DNA from: Armatimonadota bacterium
GTDB lineage: Bacteria > Armatimonadota > HRBIN16
Length of the DNA: 64,000 bases
Assembly: GCA_963677485.1 (NCBI GenBank)
Contig: OY781964.1
Span: 448,001-512,000 of the forward strand
Reading direction: 5' to 3'
This document shows positions 1 to 8,456 of the stretch, one piece after another. Both the position numbers and the translations under genes were made by a program. The notes beneath the pieces are model-generated. The model was not told the DNA's origin. It did no database searches and was given only the letters and a program-made list of their open reading frames with translations. Position 1 is the first letter of the stretch, and each line of letters begins with the position of its first letter.

Positions 1-1
1 A

Positions 2-283
2 GTAGAGGGTATCCCTGTCTGCCTTTTAGAAGCGATGGCATACGGACTGCCGGTGGTCGCCACCGAAGTGGGCGGCGTGCCAGAGCTGCTATCGGGCGAC
101 TGCGGCTTGATGGTGCCTCCTCAACAGCCTCAAGACCTGGCCGAAGCACTGAAAAGCTTAATCGACAACCCAGAACGCACGGCACTGATGGTAGCGAACG
201 GACGCCGGAAGGTTGAAACGGAATTTAACCAGCCCTTGATAGTCAAACGCCTGGTGGAACTGATGGGGTCTGCTCGTTCATAG
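2..283 (+). CDS. Glycosyltransferase family 4 (GT-B), C-terminal part; 5' end truncated by the window edge
   Basis: Frame is open from base 2 and reads VEGIPVCLLEAMAYGLPVVATEVGGVPE, the typical GT4 E-x7-E / GxPVVAT motif. Confidence 0.9.
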   Translation, partial: VEGIPVCLLEAMAYGLPVVATEVGGVPELLSGDCGLMVPPQQPQDLAEALKSLIDNPERTALMVANGRRKVETEFNQPLIVKRLVELMGSARS

Positions 284-353
284 CGCTGCGTGACTGTACC
301 ACGACATGCTCTCCCTACACACAAACTGCGATAACTCACAAATTCACATAAAT

Positions 354-386
354 CCGCCCATTTCTCCGCTATTCCCGCCCATTTCT
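354..386 (+). promoter_or_regulatory. Direct repeat CCGCCCATTTCT x2, 21 bp apart, upstream of the first DUF5722 gene; possible activator site
   Basis: Identical 12-mers at 354-365 and 375-386, followed by -10-like hexamers and the RBS GGAGG before the ATG at 430. Confidence 0.3.
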
Positions 387-429
387 GTGGTAACCTGTAT
401 GCTAATCATCACCTAATCGGAGGCATATC

Positions 430-1932
430 ATGCCAGCAGTCAGCTCCATCATCGCGTCACGCGACCAGCTATCGATACAGCTTCAGGATGCCCCAGCGGG
501 GGTACCGGCATCAGTCCAACTCTGCGCTCCCTGGGACGGCTCCGTCCTGGCGGAGATGACCACCAGCACAAACGCCGATGGACACTTGAGCGTGCCCCGT
601 CATTTGAACCATTGGGACGCATTGACACTGCTCATCAAGGTTACTCTGGCCGGCGAAGAGCTGAAAGGTGTCTCTACCGTCACCGATATGGATGAGATCG
701 CCACCTACACATACGATTACCCCGTGGCCGATTCGATCAAGGGGCTGCAGGTGGCCGGCAGCATGGTCGACGACGCCATCAAACTGGGAGTGCGTCACGC
801 AGCCATCAACCTGAACCAAGGCGACATCATGATGCCCGGCCCTGGTGAGAACATCTCAGAATACAAGTGCAACGGCCAGACTTTTTACTTTGACGAAGCC
901 TACATGGAGAAGTTTGACGAGACTATCCGCAACCTCACAGATGCTGGCATCATCGTCTCGCTTATCCTTCTGAATAGTCCGCACTGGCGGCGTGAGATGA
1001 GCCAGGAGATGAAGGACATCCTGATGCACCCCCACTACAACCCGGAGGGGCTGATCAGTGCCTTCAACCTGACCAACGAGACCGGCTTCAACCACTACCA
1101 GGCGTTTGTGGAATACGCAGCCATTCGCTTCAGCGACCCTAGCGGGGTCCACGGCCGTGTATGGGGCTACATCGTAGGCAACGAGATAGATAGCCAATGG
1201 GTGTGGGGTAACGCCGGTGAAATGAGCTGCCATGACTACATGGCCGAATACACCCTGGCGATGCGCACCACCTGGCTGGCCGCACAGAAGGTCAACAGTG
1301 CCAGCCGCGTCTACATCAGCCTGACGCATCTGTTCAACATCTCGCACCTAAAGAACCAGCTTCAAACTTACCCGGCGGCTCAATGCCTGAAGGAGCTGGC
1401 AGCTTATTGCGCTCAGGATGGCGATTTCCCCTGGGCAGTGGCATTCCACCCCTACCCCGAGGACCTGCGATTCCCAGACTTCTGGAACGACGAAACCGCA
1501 TGGGACACGCTGGACACGCCGCGAATCACATTCAAGAACATCCATGTGCTGCCCAAATTCCTGGAGCAGCCGGAGTATCTCTACCGTGGGCAGCGGCGTA
1601 AAATCATCCTCAGCGAGCAGGGCTTCAACAGCCACAAGACCGACATCAGCGAGCAGTTCCAGGCGGCGGCGTATGCCCTGGCATTCGAGAATGTGCAGGC
1701 CTGCCCTGAAATTGAGGCTTTCATACTTCATGCGCACATCGACAACCTGGATGAGTTCGGCTTGAACCTCGGCATGTGGCAGGTAGATGACAAGAATGTG
1801 GCCATCAGCAAGAAGCCGATCTACGATGTGTTCGATGGCATAGAGGGCCCGAAACGGCAGGAGATTCTCGCCTGGGCACACACATATCTGGACAAGAAAA
1901 TGAACCGCAAAGAAGAAGAGCGGCTCTACTAA
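430..1932 (+). CDS. DUF5722-like putative glycoside hydrolase (TIM barrel, GH-A-like), no signal peptide
   Basis: Motifs IKGLQV, YIVGNEID (acid/base-like), AFHPYP and ILSEQGF (nucleophile-like); RBS GGAGG. Confidence 0.75.
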   Translation: MPAVSSIIASRDQLSIQLQDAPAGVPASVQLCAPWDGSVLAEMTTSTNADGHLSVPRHLNHWDALTLLIKVTLAGEELKGVSTVTDMDEIATYTYDYPVADSIKGLQVAGSMVDDAIKLGVRHAAINLNQGDIMMPGPGENISEYKCNGQTFYFDEAYMEKFDETIRNLTDAGIIVSLILLNSPHWRREMSQEMKDILMHPHYNPEGLISAFNLTNETGFNHYQAFVEYAAIRFSDPSGVHGRVWGYIVGNEIDSQWVWGNAGEMSCHDYMAEYTLAMRTTWLAAQKVNSASRVYISLTHLFNISHLKNQLQTYPAAQCLKELAAYCAQDGDFPWAVAFHPYPEDLRFPDFWNDETAWDTLDTPRITFKNIHVLPKFLEQPEYLYRGQRRKIILSEQGFNSHKTDISEQFQAAAYALAFENVQACPEIEAFILHAHIDNLDEFGLNLGMWQVDDKNVAISKKPIYDVFDGIEGPKRQEILAWAHTYLDKKMNRKEEERLY

Positions 1933-1947
1933 ACGATCGCGGACAAA

Positions 1948-1978
1948 CGGGCGGATCGTTGGTTACAGCATCCGCCCG
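1948..1978 (+). terminator. Intergenic stem-loop CGGGCGGAT...ATCCGCCCG
   Basis: 9-bp inverted repeat between the two DUF5722 genes; no U-tract, so it may be a stabilising or processing hairpin. Confidence 0.35.
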
Positions 1979-2004
1979 GACCTATTGAGTAAAGGATATT
2001 ACAT

Positions 2005-3567
2005 ATGCGTTTTACAATCGTGATGTGCGCTGCTGCACTAATGGTCAGCAGCATGAGTCAAGCCTTTGTCAGCCTTCCGTCTGTCACGAAGATTACAGTA
2101 GACAAGACGTCCATCAAGTTAAGTCTCAGCTCTGCCACTCCAAAAGACGTCACCGTCTGGGAGCTATCGCCATGGAGTCAGGTCCCATCGGGGGCGGTGT
2201 ATTATAAACAAAGTGGGAAGAACCTGACTATCAGCCGGTATGAAGGCGCCCGTGACCGCATCACAAGCGGCTTCCTGGTGAAACAAGGCCAGGCGGTTTA
2301 CACCGGTGTCCGCTTCGCCACAGACTTTGGCAAAATCAGTAAATACCAGACGGCCTACCCCAAGATTACGAGCATCAAAGGTCTGCAGGTCACAGACATC
2401 CCTGACGCAGTAAAGTTAGGCGTCAGACATGCAGCCATCAACTTGAACCAGGGTGACTTCATGCTCTCCGGTCCAGCAGATGGTGCGCTGGTTCACGAGA
2501 TGAACGGCAAGAAGTTCTACTTCGACGGTAACCAGGTGCGCAACTTCGACAAACGGGTGAAAGACCTGACCGACAATCACATCCTCGTGACCCTTATCCT
2601 GCTGAACAGCAAGAACTGGGCCAAGTCGATGACGCCCGACATACAAGCCATCTTGCTGCACCCCAAATACGACGCAGAGGGGCTGATCAGTGCCTTCAAC
2701 CTCACCAATACCAAAAGCTACGAGTATTACGAGGCCTTCATCGACTTCACGATGAACCGCTATGCTGACCCCAAAGCTCCACACGGCCGAGTCTGGGGTA
2801 TGATCATCGGAAATGAGATCGACAGTCACTGGATATGGGGCAACGCGGGGCTCATCAGCGCTGAACAGTATATGCGCGAATATACGACCGCGATGCGCAC
2901 CGCTTACCTCATCGGTGCCAAATACAACACCAACCTGCGTGTGTATATCAGCCTGACGCACATGTTCAACAAGCCCTACAATGACAACCCAAAACAGACC
3001 ATCAGTGCCAGGAAATGCCTGGAGCTGCTCAACGCGAATTGCCAGAGTGACGGCGACTTTCCATGGTCAGTGGCCTACCATCCCTATCCTGAGGACCTGA
3101 GCTTCCCTGACTTCTGGAACGACGCCACCGCGACCGATTCCTTGGACACTACCACTCGAATCACGTTCAAGAACATCGAGCTGCTGCCCAAGTTCCTCAA
3201 CCAGCCGCAGTTCCTGTATCGCGGCAAGCAGCGCAAGATCATCCTGAGCGAGCAAGGCTTCAACAGCCGCAAGACCGACGAAAGCGAGCAGTTCCAAGCC
3301 GCCGCGTATGCACTGGCCTATGACAAAATCAAGAAGTGCTCTGGGATCGAGGCGTTCATACTTCATGCCCACCAGGATAATCTGGGTGAGTTTGGTTTGA
3401 ACCTTGGTCTTTGGCGGGTGGATGACAACAATAAACCCATCAGCAAGAAGCCGATCTACGATGTGTTCCGCGACATCGATGGATCCCGCGGTCCGGAGAT
3501 TCTAGCCTGGGCAAAGACCTTCCTGGACAAAAAGATGCAGCGGAAACCAGCAGATAAGCTGTATTAG
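2005..3567 (+). CDS. DUF5722-like putative glycoside hydrolase, secreted paralog
   Basis: Signal peptide MRFTIVMCAAALMVSSMSQA; same GNEID, HPYP and SEQGF motifs; C-terminal half very similar to 430..1932. Confidence 0.75.
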   Translation: MRFTIVMCAAALMVSSMSQAFVSLPSVTKITVDKTSIKLSLSSATPKDVTVWELSPWSQVPSGAVYYKQSGKNLTISRYEGARDRITSGFLVKQGQAVYTGVRFATDFGKISKYQTAYPKITSIKGLQVTDIPDAVKLGVRHAAINLNQGDFMLSGPADGALVHEMNGKKFYFDGNQVRNFDKRVKDLTDNHILVTLILLNSKNWAKSMTPDIQAILLHPKYDAEGLISAFNLTNTKSYEYYEAFIDFTMNRYADPKAPHGRVWGMIIGNEIDSHWIWGNAGLISAEQYMREYTTAMRTAYLIGAKYNTNLRVYISLTHMFNKPYNDNPKQTISARKCLELLNANCQSDGDFPWSVAYHPYPEDLSFPDFWNDATATDSLDTTTRITFKNIELLPKFLNQPQFLYRGKQRKIILSEQGFNSRKTDESEQFQAAAYALAYDKIKKCSGIEAFILHAHQDNLGEFGLNLGLWRVDDNNKPISKKPIYDVFRDIDGSRGPEILAWAKTFLDKKMQRKPADKLY

Positions 3568-3592
3568 GCAAGCTGAACGACGCAATTCATCT

Positions 3593-3644
3593 ATCTGTCG
3601 TGTGCCCCCCTCGCCTCTCGCTGCGAGGGTGACACACGGCAGAT
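3593..3644 (+). terminator. Long GC-rich stem-loop after the second DUF5722 gene
   Basis: ATCTGTCGTGTGCCCCCCTCGC...GCGAGGGTGACACACGGCAGAT imperfect inverted repeat. Confidence 0.4.
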
Positions 3645-3693
3645 CAACCTCCACCTCATCAGATGGATCAGTAAGACCTCGCCCACCCCTCAC

Positions 3694-3749
3694 TTGACAA
3701 TCACCCAAAAAGCTGGCATATGTATACTGTCTGCTAGACCGGTCTAGCA
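3694..3749 (+). promoter_or_regulatory. Sigma70-type promoter elements plus LacI-family operator (perfect 18-bp palindrome TGCTAGACCGGTCTAGCA at 3732-3749)
   Basis: TTGACA at 3694-3699 and TATACT at 3723-3728 (non-canonical spacing); the CG-centred palindrome lies directly upstream of a LacI gene, the usual autoregulatory arrangement. Confidence 0.7.
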
Positions 3750-3796
3750 CCCCCTATTCCATGACACTGAAACTCACGGAACGAGAAGGAGACGGC

Positions 3797-4897
3797 GTGC
3801 CCGAACTCGACGACACATCACCGCAACCAGGCTCCCCGGTGACCATTTACGACATCGCCAGGCAGTTAGGGCTCTCACCCAGCACCGTGGGACATGCACT
3901 CAACGGCACGGGACGGGTCAGCCAGAAGACCTGCGAACGCGTCGTGGCGGCGGCGGCGAGCATGGGCTATCGTCCCTCTCTGGTGGCCAAGTCGTTATCC
4001 AATAGCCGCACCCGAACATTGGGCGTGCTGGTGCCGATCATCGGCAACACTGCCTATTCCAATATGGTGCATGGCATCGAAGCGGCCGCATACCAGGCGG
4101 GATACAATATCATCCTCTGCTGCAGCGAGTTTGACCAAAACCGCGAACACCAGTATCTGGAGATGCTCTGCAACCGGCGGGTCGAAGGCATCATCGTGAT
4201 CCCCTCACGCCGTGTCAACTCACACAAACAGCAGGTGGACCACCTGGTGAAAATCCTGCAGAGCGGTATTCCACTGGTCGTGCTGGAGCAGAACCTGGCG
4301 GATCAACGGCTAAGCCGCGTGGTGATGGATAATTTCGGCGCCGCGAAACAGCTTGTCCAACACCTTATCGAACTGCAGCATAAGCGGATTGGGTTTCTGC
4401 ACCTGGGCTATGAACAGACCGACTATGCTGGCAATGAGCGGTTTGAAGGGTATCTCGCCGCGCTCCATGATGCGGGCCTCCACTACACGCCCTCGTTGAG
4501 TGCCCAGGCCGCCACAGTGTCGGTCTACGAGGATGAAGGTGACAGCAAAGCCCAGTTCGAGGCCTATTACCAAGCCGCTGGCCGACCCACGGCGGTCTTC
4601 GCGGTGAACGACATCCTGGCAATCAAGCTCATCCAGGCTTGCCAGATGATCGGTCTACGTGTGCCAGAGGATGTGGCCGTGGTTGGTTTCGACAACATCA
4701 CCGTCTCAGCTCTCATCAACCCTCCGCTGACCACTATCTACCAGCCCGCTGAGGCAATGGGGAAAAGGGCTACAGAGTTAATATTTGATACCATTCACAG
4801 CCGACTGCAGACACCCGTCTATGAGGTGCTGCCTGGCCAGCTCATCATTCGACAGTCATGCGGCCAAACAACCAACAAAAGGAACTCAACTTCATGA
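3797..4897 (+). CDS. LacI-family transcriptional regulator
   Basis: HTH VTIYDIARQLGLSPSTVGHALNG, hinge YRPSLVAKSL, C-terminal VPEDVAVVGFDN and PPLTTI; GTG start at 3797 after AAGGAG. Confidence 0.95.
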   Translation: MPELDDTSPQPGSPVTIYDIARQLGLSPSTVGHALNGTGRVSQKTCERVVAAAASMGYRPSLVAKSLSNSRTRTLGVLVPIIGNTAYSNMVHGIEAAAYQAGYNIILCCSEFDQNREHQYLEMLCNRRVEGIIVIPSRRVNSHKQQVDHLVKILQSGIPLVVLEQNLADQRLSRVVMDNFGAAKQLVQHLIELQHKRIGFLHLGYEQTDYAGNERFEGYLAALHDAGLHYTPSLSAQAATVSVYEDEGDSKAQFEAYYQAAGRPTAVFAVNDILAIKLIQACQMIGLRVPEDVAVVGFDNITVSALINPPLTTIYQPAEAMGKRATELIFDTIHSRLQTPVYEVLPGQLIIRQSCGQTTNKRNSTS

Positions 4898-5790
4898 GCT
4901 CACACAAAATCGCCACCGAATCTGACTACACTAAGCGTGTGGATCACATCACATCAGGCGTGTTTCTACCTGACACCAACATTGAGGTCATCAGCGAACC
5001 GAAGTGCTGCGGTACGTACCGCTACGCACTTTTTGATTTCGACGGCACGCTCAGCCTGCTGAGGGCAGGATGGCCGGCGGTGATGACCGGTTTGATGAAG
5101 CGCGTGCTGCTGGCAACGCCCAACTGCGAACCCGAACCACAGCTTGAGATCCACATCAAAGAGCTGATTGAACGAACCACCGGCAAGCAGACCATCTACC
5201 AGATGATCGCGTTGTGTGACGAAGTCCGACAACGTGGAGGTGAGCCACTTGAGCCAACTGTATATAAAAAGCAATATCTCGATCTGCTGATGGCGCAGAT
5301 TCAACACCGGCTTGACGGCCTGCGGTCTGGTTCCCTGAAACCAGAGCAGATGCTGGTGGCCGGTTCCATCGAGCTGCTGGACTCCTTGGCTAGCCATGGC
5401 GTCCAGATGTATCTTGCCAGCGGAACAGACCAGGAGTTCGTGCGGGATGAAGCCAATCTGCTGGGAGTGGCGCACTATTTCGGTGACCATATCTATGGAG
5501 CCATTGAAGATTACCAGAACTACTCCAAAGCCAAAGTGATTGAGCGTATTCTGAAGGACTGCGGGGCTTCAGGAAGTGAGCTCCTGGGCTTTGGCGACGG
5601 CTATGTGGAGATTGACAACACCAAGAATGCCGGCGGAACCGCCATCGGCGTCGCCAGCGACGAGGAGAACCGATCAGGCATGCCCGACCCAGTAAAACGT
5701 GAGAGGCTGATCGGCGTAGGTGCGGACATCATCACGCCCGACTTCAAACACGCTAAAGACCTGATACAGCACCTATTTGGAGGAAAATAA
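4894..5790 (+). CDS. HAD-superfamily hydrolase (sugar-phosphate phosphatase-like)
   Basis: Motif I LFDFDGTLS, motif II ASGT, motif IV FGDGYVEI; ATGA overlap with the lacI stop. Confidence 0.88.
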   Translation: MSSHKIATESDYTKRVDHITSGVFLPDTNIEVISEPKCCGTYRYALFDFDGTLSLLRAGWPAVMTGLMKRVLLATPNCEPEPQLEIHIKELIERTTGKQTIYQMIALCDEVRQRGGEPLEPTVYKKQYLDLLMAQIQHRLDGLRSGSLKPEQMLVAGSIELLDSLASHGVQMYLASGTDQEFVRDEANLLGVAHYFGDHIYGAIEDYQNYSKAKVIERILKDCGASGSELLGFGDGYVEIDNTKNAGGTAIGVASDEENRSGMPDPVKRERLIGVGADIITPDFKHAKDLIQHLFGGK

Positions 5791-6914
5791 TGACCGAAAG
5801 ACTTGACCGGAAACAGCTCATCATGCATCCACTCGCCGAGAGAGCTAACCAACTGGACATCACCAAAATGGCTGTCAGTCCTTCCCAGAAGGCCGATCCG
5901 TTGGCGGTGTTCGAAAGTACTCAGATCACCAGCCTAGCCGCCAGCATCAAGAGGGCAAAGGCAGCCGGTCGGCCTGTGATGATGACCTACGGTGCGCACC
6001 TGGTGAAGAACGGTCTAGCACCGGTGGTCATCAAGCTGATTGAACAGGGCTGGATCACCCATCTTGCCACCAACGGTGCAGGCACTATCCACGACTGGGA
6101 GTTTGCCTACCTCGGCCAGAGCAGCGAAGATGTGCGTGTCAACGCCGCGAAGGGGCAGTTCGGCGCCTGGGAAGAGACCGGTCGTTACATCAACCTGGCG
6201 ATATTGCTGAACGGCATCGACGGGTTGGGGTATGGATGGTCGGTAGGCAAGATGATCGCTACCGAACAGCTCACCATACCGTCCGTCGAACAACTCAAGG
6301 CCAGCATCCGCGCATTACTTGACCAGCCCGAATCTGACGATACGCTGTCCGCCATGTCGGATGCGATGGCCACCATCCAGGAACTGCAGCTGGAACCGGG
6401 CGTGCTTGCCGTCAAGCACGCATATAAGCGGTTCAGTATCCAGAATGCAGCCTGGACACACCAGGTGCCGTTTACGGTGCATCCTGGGATCGGCTATGAC
6501 ATCATCCATACCCATCCGGCATGCTGCGGTGGTGCCCTTGGCCGCGGAGCCATCCGCGACTTTCTGAGCTACGCCGAGTGCGTCAGCCGACTCAGCGGAG
6601 GGGTTCACATGAGCGTCGGTTCCGCCATCATGGCCCCGATGGTCTTCGAGAAGTCGTTATCCATGGCCAACAACCTCGCCATCCAACGCACCGGTCAGCC
6701 CATCACCGACCACACCATGGCAGTGGTGGACATCCAGGATGGCGGCGGATGGGACTGGAGTCAGGGCGAGCCGCCTAAAGACAACCCCGCCTACTACCTG
6801 CGCTTCTGCAAGACTTTCCACCGCATGGGAGGCACATTGGACTACCTCTGCATGGACAACAAGCAGTTCCTTCTGAGCCTTTATCATGAGCTGAATGGGG
6901 ATTCGCCGGCATGA
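5790..6914 (+). CDS. Deoxyhypusine-synthase-like (GSU2086-type) conserved protein of unknown function
   Basis: GAHLVKNGL, ATNGAGTIHDWE, TVHPGIGYDIIH and GSAIMAPMVFEKSLSMA match the DHS-like NAD-binding fold family. Confidence 0.65.
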   Translation: MTERLDRKQLIMHPLAERANQLDITKMAVSPSQKADPLAVFESTQITSLAASIKRAKAAGRPVMMTYGAHLVKNGLAPVVIKLIEQGWITHLATNGAGTIHDWEFAYLGQSSEDVRVNAAKGQFGAWEETGRYINLAILLNGIDGLGYGWSVGKMIATEQLTIPSVEQLKASIRALLDQPESDDTLSAMSDAMATIQELQLEPGVLAVKHAYKRFSIQNAAWTHQVPFTVHPGIGYDIIHTHPACCGGALGRGAIRDFLSYAECVSRLSGGVHMSVGSAIMAPMVFEKSLSMANNLAIQRTGQPITDHTMAVVDIQDGGGWDWSQGEPPKDNPAYYLRFCKTFHRMGGTLDYLCMDNKQFLLSLYHELNGDSPA

Positions 6915-7948
6915 TGACCCAATCCCGTTTAGCGGAACTGACCGCCCAGTTCACCAGCCGACGCATCGCCGTCATGGGTGATTTCTTCCTGGACAAGTAC
7001 CTGGAGTGCGACCCAGCTCTGGCGGAAACTTCGCTGGAAACAGGCAAGACCGCACACCAGGTGGTGCAGGTTCGTCACAGTCCAGGTGCCGCGGGGAACA
7101 TCGTGAGCAACCTGATCTCATTGGGGGCGAATGTCTACGCCGTGGGCTTTACAGGAGACGATGGCGAAGGGTATGAGCTCCGGCAGGACCTTAACGCCAT
7201 GGGTTGTGACACGCGCTATCTTCTGACAGAACCAAGCCGGTATACCCCGGTATACCTCAAGCCGCGAGTTTTCGGCATCAGCGGGTTGGAGGGGGAGCGA
7301 GAGCGCTACGACACCAAGAACCACGCCCCCCTACCCACGGCATTAGAAGACCAGTTTATCGCATTACTGCCGGAGCTGCTGACTCAGGTCGATGCGGTGA
7401 TCATCGCCGACCAGGTGAATGAGCCCGATTTCGGGGTGGTCACCTCCCGTGTCCGCATGAGCATAGAGCAAGCGGCCACTGAACACCCAGAGACGTTGTT
7501 CTGGGTCGACAGCCGCGAACGGGCGGGGATGTTCCATGGCTGCACATTAAAGCCTAATCGGCAGGAGGCTATCTGGGCTGCGTTTGGCATCAGTGAACCA
7601 AACGCGAACGAGCACAAAGCACTTGCCGCAGGACAGTTACTACACGACCGCACTGGAAAACCGGTGTTCCTCACAATGTCCGAACAGGGCATCATGGTAT
7701 TCGATCATGATGCACACGAGTCAGTGCCAGGAATACATATAGAAGGCCCTACCGACCCCACAGGGGCCGGTGACAGTGCCACCGCAGGAGCAGTGCTCGC
7801 TCTCGCCTCCGGAGGAAGTCCTACGGAAGCGGCACTGCTGGGCAACCTGACCGCCTCCGTCACAGTCTGCCAAATCGACACCACCGGCACCGCGCGTGTG
7901 TCCGACCTCGCCGACCGGCTGAATCTGTGGCATCAGCAGCATGGGTAG
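6911..7948 (+). CDS. PfkB/ribokinase-family carbohydrate kinase, similar to the HldE(RfaE) kinase domain
   Basis: VMGDFFLDKY, PGAAGNIVSNL, LKPNRQEA and the PfkB signature DPTGAGDS. Confidence 0.88.
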   Translation: MMTQSRLAELTAQFTSRRIAVMGDFFLDKYLECDPALAETSLETGKTAHQVVQVRHSPGAAGNIVSNLISLGANVYAVGFTGDDGEGYELRQDLNAMGCDTRYLLTEPSRYTPVYLKPRVFGISGLEGERERYDTKNHAPLPTALEDQFIALLPELLTQVDAVIIADQVNEPDFGVVTSRVRMSIEQAATEHPETLFWVDSRERAGMFHGCTLKPNRQEAIWAAFGISEPNANEHKALAAGQLLHDRTGKPVFLTMSEQGIMVFDHDAHESVPGIHIEGPTDPTGAGDSATAGAVLALASGGSPTEAALLGNLTASVTVCQIDTTGTARVSDLADRLNLWHQQHG

Positions 7949-8037
7949 CAGCCCATTGCGTTGCAAGTATGATACTCCAACCGATTACACACAACGCAGT
8001 CTGGATTGCCAAAAGACCACTAGATACACGATGGATC

Positions 8038-8275
8038 GTCCGGCACCCACGAAGTGGGTATGATTCTTATAGCCAGGGGTGAGCGAAGCGATACCCCTGG
8101 TAAGCAGCATAAACCATTTACCCCAAAGGGGTCGTCTCTGGTTCCCGAATGTTGAGCATCCATAATACCGTTCGACCCCCATCCGGGGGTAAACACTGCA
8201 GCCTTGTTACCACGGGTTTCGCATTCGCTCACCCGTGGCTGTAAGAGTCGCTACCCACTTCGTGGGTGCCCGGAC
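8038..8275. repeat. ~240-bp composite palindromic element (REP/MITE-like) with nested inverted repeats
   Basis: Ends GTCCGGCACCCACGAAGTGGGTA / TACCCACTTCGTGGGTGCCCGGAC; inner pairs TAGCCAGGGGTGAGCGAAGCGATACCCCTGGTAA / TTACCACGGGTTTCGCATTCGCTCACCCGTGGCTG and TTACCCCAAAGGGGTCG / CGACCCCCATCCGGGGGTAA. Confidence 0.75.
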
Positions 8276-8333
8276 TGTCTGGACTGAGATTCATGCTTAC
8301 TTGGGTGAATAGTCGCCCCCTTTACTGCCGTAG

Positions 8334-8359
8334 GCCAATCGGGAGATTGGCGTTCCCAG
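8334..8359. repeat. REP-like palindrome GCCAATCGGGAGATTGGCGTTCCCAG
   Basis: The same unit recurs at 11620-11645 (inverted) and 11675-11700. Confidence 0.7.
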
Positions 8360-8456
8360 GGCACTCCTGTCACCACGCTTCAAGCACAAATGCCATTACT
8401 GATGTATTATATAAGGTGGCATTTTCTACCGAATAGAACATCAGCGGAGTGAGTTT

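Noticed and set aside
6911-7948. hldE/rfaE of LPS heptose biosynthesis
   Set aside because: Only the kinase domain is present, with no adenylyltransferase, gmhA or hldD nearby, and it lies in a LacI-controlled operon.
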